Below, in pieces: positions 44,922-47,976 of a DNA stretch of 47,976 bases. Numbering within the stretch: the first letter of the stretch is position 1; every line of letters begins with the position of its first letter. The DNA is from an uncultured Elusimicrobiaceae bacterium (GTDB lineage: Bacteria > Elusimicrobiota > Elusimicrobia > Elusimicrobiales > UBA9959), in contig CAZPMW010000006.1 of NCBI GenBank assembly GCA_964587805.1, forward strand, positions 1 to 47,976, read 5' to 3'. Made by a program: the position numbers and the translations under genes. Under the pieces are notes generated by a model. The model ran no database searches and was not told where the DNA came from. It saw only the letters and a list, made by a program, of their open reading frames with translations.

Positions 44922-46247
44922 ATGAACGTATTGCTGATAGGAGGCGGCGGGCGCGAGCACGCTCTCGCCTGGAAGCTGAAGCAAAGCCCTCTCCTGAAAA
45001 CGCTTCACGCCATCCCGGGTTCCGCGGCTATCGCGGAACTGGCGCATTGTCCTCCCATAGCTCAGGGCGATTCAGACGCCATCCTCGCCTATGCCGCAGC
45101 GAATAAGATATCTCTGGTAGTTATAGGGCCGGAAGAGCCGCTGGCCAATGGGCTGAGCGATCTTCTGACGGCCGGCGGGTTCAGGGTTTTCGGCCCGTCC
45201 CGAAAAGGGGCGATGCTGGAGGCCTCCAAGCAATTCGCGAAAGAATTCATGGACCGGCACCGCCTGCCCACGGCCGGGTTCAATATCCTGTACGAGGCCG
45301 GATACGCCAGAGAGAAAATAAAGGAAAACAGAAAATATCCCCTGGTGATCAAAGCCGACGGCCTCGCCGCCGGCAAGGGAGTGCGTATCTGCCGGGACGA
45401 AGCGGAAGCTCTCCGCGCGGTGGAAGATTTCATGGAAAAGCGGATTTTCGGCTTTTCCGGCGCGAAGATCCTGATGGAAGAGTTCCTTACGGGGAAGGAG
45501 GCCTCCGTCATGGCTTTCGTGGCCGGCGGATCCTATCTTATGCTGCCGGTCTCGCGCGATCACAAGCGGCTTCGGGACGGGGATGAGGGGCCCAATACCG
45601 GGGGTATGGGCGCCGTCGCTCCGGTAGAGCTGGACGCAAAGGACGAGGAAATTATTAAGACCGAAGTTCTTGAGCGGTTCATGGAGGGGATAAAGAAGGA
45701 CGGGATACCTTTCTGCGGAATCATCTACGCCGGCCTGATGCTTACGCCTGCCGGCCCGAAGGTCCTTGAATTCAACGTGCGTTTCGGAGATCCCGAAACC
45801 CAGTGCCTGCTGCCGCTCCTGGACGTGGACCTGCTGGAACTTTTCATCGCTTGCGCAGAGGGCCGGCTGGAGGGAAAAAAGATGAAGTTTTCCGGCGCCT
45901 GCGCGGCGGTGGTGCTGAGCGCGAGAGGATACCCGGAGGCTCCGGAAAAAGGGCATGAAATAAGCGGCCTTGACGCATTGCCCGACGATGTGCTGATTTT
46001 TCACTCCGGCACTATAAAAGAAAACGGAAAATTTGTGACCGCCGGCGGCCGTGTTCTGGCCGTGTCCGCCAAAGCCGCCACGCTGGAAAAAGCCAGGGAA
46101 AAAGCCTGCTCCGCAGCGGGCACAATAAAATTCGAAGGCATGCATTACCGGAAAGATATCGGGGCCGCGCAGGCTGCGGCTCACAGGAGTTTTACCCCGG
46201 TTCCGTTTAAGAAAATAGACATCGAACACGGGGCCCCGGGAAATTGA
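44922..46247 (+). CDS. purD: Phosphoribosylamine-glycine ligase
   Basis: GGGGREHAL, GPE.PL, KADGLAAGKGV, GPNTGGMG and EFNVRFGDPE; SD AGGAG before 44922. Confidence 0.98.
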   Translation: MNVLLIGGGGREHALAWKLKQSPLLKTLHAIPGSAAIAELAHCPPIAQGDSDAILAYAAANKISLVVIGPEEPLANGLSDLLTAGGFRVFGPSRKGAMLEASKQFAKEFMDRHRLPTAGFNILYEAGYAREKIKENRKYPLVIKADGLAAGKGVRICRDEAEALRAVEDFMEKRIFGFSGAKILMEEFLTGKEASVMAFVAGGSYLMLPVSRDHKRLRDGDEGPNTGGMGAVAPVELDAKDEEIIKTEVLERFMEGIKKDGIPFCGIIYAGLMLTPAGPKVLEFNVRFGDPETQCLLPLLDVDLLELFIACAEGRLEGKKMKFSGACAAVVLSARGYPEAPEKGHEISGLDALPDDVLIFHSGTIKENGKFVTAGGRVLAVSAKAATLEKAREKACSAAGTIKFEGMHYRKDIGAAQAAAHRSFTPVPFKKIDIEHGAPGN

Positions 46248-46278
46248 ATCCCTTAATAATTTAATGTATTATGTCCGT

Positions 46279-46542
46279 ATGCGGAGTTCGCTTTCAGTCT
46301 TATTGTTCCTGCTTCTTGCCTTTACCGTTTTTGCGGAGACTGGCCACAATCATATAGAGACCTGTGACGCTCCCTGCCCCGCTGTCTGTTTAAGCAGTTC
46401 CTGCGGGGCGTATTGCGACAGTCCCGGCTTGAAAGGTTCTGTGGCTCCCGCTGCGCCTGAAATGCCGGCGATATGCTGCTTTGAGACTGTTTCTGTGCCC
46501 CGTCTTTTAGAAGACGAAATATTCCATCCACCCGCTGTTTGA
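46279..46542 (+). CDS. Small exported Cys/His-rich protein ending IFHPP (CzcI/DUF2946-like leader)
   Basis: Hydrophobic N-terminus, HNH..C..PC..C...C...C and a C-terminal IFHPPAV; lies directly upstream of the TolC gene. Confidence 0.65.
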   Translation: MRSSLSVLLFLLLAFTVFAETGHNHIETCDAPCPAVCLSSSCGAYCDSPGLKGSVAPAAPEMPAICCFETVSVPRLLEDEIFHPPAV

Positions 46543-46634
46543 ACTCCATCAATTAAACTTCCGTTATAATACTTTGCCCGACGCGCGTGCTTATGCGTCC
46601 TGTTAACCTAATGTATTTAGCCTTTGGAGGCCGT

Positions 46635-47873
46635 GTGAAAAAGTTTTTCCATGTGTTTTTCCTTACATCGTTAGTTTCAACGCCTGGCTTTTCCGCTATG
46701 GAAGGCCTAAAGGCCGCGGAGCTGACTTTGGCCGGCGTAATAGATGAAGTCAAAGCAAATAATCCTTCCATAACGGCGGCTAAGCGGCAATTAAACCTGC
46801 TGGAAGCCGATATAACGATGAACTCGGCTTACCCGAATCCCGGTATCGAAATAGAGAAGTCGGCTTCCGGGGATTCAAAAGGGTATGAGGTTAAGGTTGC
46901 GCAGCCAATGTCTCTCACCCGCAGGGCGGGTAAGGCCGGGGCTGTGGCGCAGGCCGTTTTTGAGGCGGCAAAAAAAGAACTGGCGGCTTTAGAGAATCTT
47001 ACGCTCAGCGCGGTTCGCAAAGCCTGGTATGCCCTGCGCATCGCCAAAGAACGCCGAAATTTTGAGGAAACGAACCTTAAATTCTCAATGGATATACTTA
47101 ACAAGATCGAGATGCGGCTGCAGACCGGAGAAGCGGGCAACGCCGACTTGGCCAGGGCTAAAGTGGAAACGTCCCGCAGCGGTTACCACCTGCAGGAGGC
47201 CGAAACCATGTTGAGCGCGGCGGCCGGCGAACTAAACGGCCTCATGGGCCGCAGACCGGACGAGCCTCTTAATATATCTGAGAACGGCGGTTTCAGCCTG
47301 ACACCCGCCCCGCCCGCCATTGAACCTCTTGATAAGTATACCGAGCTGGCTCTTGTCCGGCGCGATGAATTCAGCGCGCTTGCGTTTAACGGGAAAGCGG
47401 CTGATCTGTCTGTGGCTTTGGAAAAGGGCAAACGTCTGCCGATGCCTGAACTTGGTTTTATATACGGGAGCGATAGCGGTTCAGGCTACTCCAAATTATT
47501 CATAGGGCTGGAGCTGCCTATCTGGTACAACAATAAAGGTGAAATCAAACGGGCGTTGGCTCGAAGGACAGTTTTGAATTATGAGGCAAAACGTCTGGAA
47601 TTGCAGATACGGGGTGAAGTTTACGGCGCGTGGCTGGATCTGGATCTTGCGCAAAAACGTCTTGTGAGCGCTAAGCAAACAGTTTTCCTGCTTAATGACC
47701 TCAGAAGAACGGCGTCGCAGGATTACTTATCCGGCAAAATAGAGCTCACTGCGTTTTATGAGACTAACCGTGTATTCCTGGAAGAAAATGTAAATTATCT
47801 TGATGCTTTGAAGGAATATTACGAGAAAAACGCGCAAATGGATGCCGTGATAAATAGTCGGGAGGAAAAATGA
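46635..47873 (+). CDS. TolC/CzcC-family outer-membrane efflux protein
   Basis: Signal peptide; two OEP repeats (ANNP.I, YPNP, LP.P.L, LPIW..N.G.I); GTG start after GGAGG. Confidence 0.88.
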   Translation: MKKFFHVFFLTSLVSTPGFSAMEGLKAAELTLAGVIDEVKANNPSITAAKRQLNLLEADITMNSAYPNPGIEIEKSASGDSKGYEVKVAQPMSLTRRAGKAGAVAQAVFEAAKKELAALENLTLSAVRKAWYALRIAKERRNFEETNLKFSMDILNKIEMRLQTGEAGNADLARAKVETSRSGYHLQEAETMLSAAAGELNGLMGRRPDEPLNISENGGFSLTPAPPAIEPLDKYTELALVRRDEFSALAFNGKAADLSVALEKGKRLPMPELGFIYGSDSGSGYSKLFIGLELPIWYNNKGEIKRALARRTVLNYEAKRLELQIRGEVYGAWLDLDLAQKRLVSAKQTVFLLNDLRRTASQDYLSGKIELTAFYETNRVFLEENVNYLDALKEYYEKNAQMDAVINSREEK

Positions 47874-47976
47874 AGAATCTGATTAACCTTTTAATGGCAG
47901 CGAGCATGATGGGCTTGGCCGCCTGCGGAGAGAAGACTCCCGGCGCGGCGGGTGAAAAGGCGCAGACTGAAACTGA
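47870..47976 (+). CDS. Lipoprotein N-terminus, probably an RND periplasmic adaptor (CzcB-like); partial
   Basis: MKNLINLLMAASMMGLAAC with lipobox LAAC; ATGA overlap with the TolC stop; runs off the window. Confidence 0.6.
   Translation, partial: MKNLINLLMAASMMGLAACGEKTPGAAGEKAQTET

Overview
GC-rich bacterial chromosomal segment, probably Elusimicrobiota (inferred from protein style and gene content, not verified). It contains no rRNA, tRNA, CRISPR array, transposase or prophage that I can support. Gene order: 3' end of secA - lnt - HDAC-family deacylase; two tandem secreted clostripain (C11) paralogues; a minus-strand operon of an unknown multi-TM protein - ugd - UDP-glucuronate decarboxylase; an EamA transporter; a secreted PLD; recA - xerD - unknown 2-TM protein - degenerate 3-hydroxyacyl-CoA dehydrogenase; pyrB; YcbK; CDF; phosphatase; FKBP; msrC; a 49-aa sORF; rhodanese; arfB; then ygeY - [SulP-STAS-cNMP, pabB, pabA, pabC] - YgeW-like carbamoyltransferase - carbamate kinase - ThrC-like PLP enzyme; a soluble GAF-PAS kinase with an exported beta-rich protein; guaB, guaA, an orphan gene, purC-S-L-Q-F-D; and the start of a CzcI/CzcC/CzcB-like efflux operon. 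The best candidates for new biology are four. (1) A variant anaerobic purine/ureide catabolic module in which a ThrC-like enzyme appears to replace YgeX. (2) A 3-hydroxyacyl-CoA dehydrogenase pseudoenzyme in the recA-xerD run. (3) A DMT-like protein heading a UDP-xylose operon. (4) A Cys/His-rich leader peptide ending IFHPP upstream of the metal efflux genes. Phased palindromes also sit upstream of both clostripain genes. All annotations come from motif recognition by eye; no searches were run.
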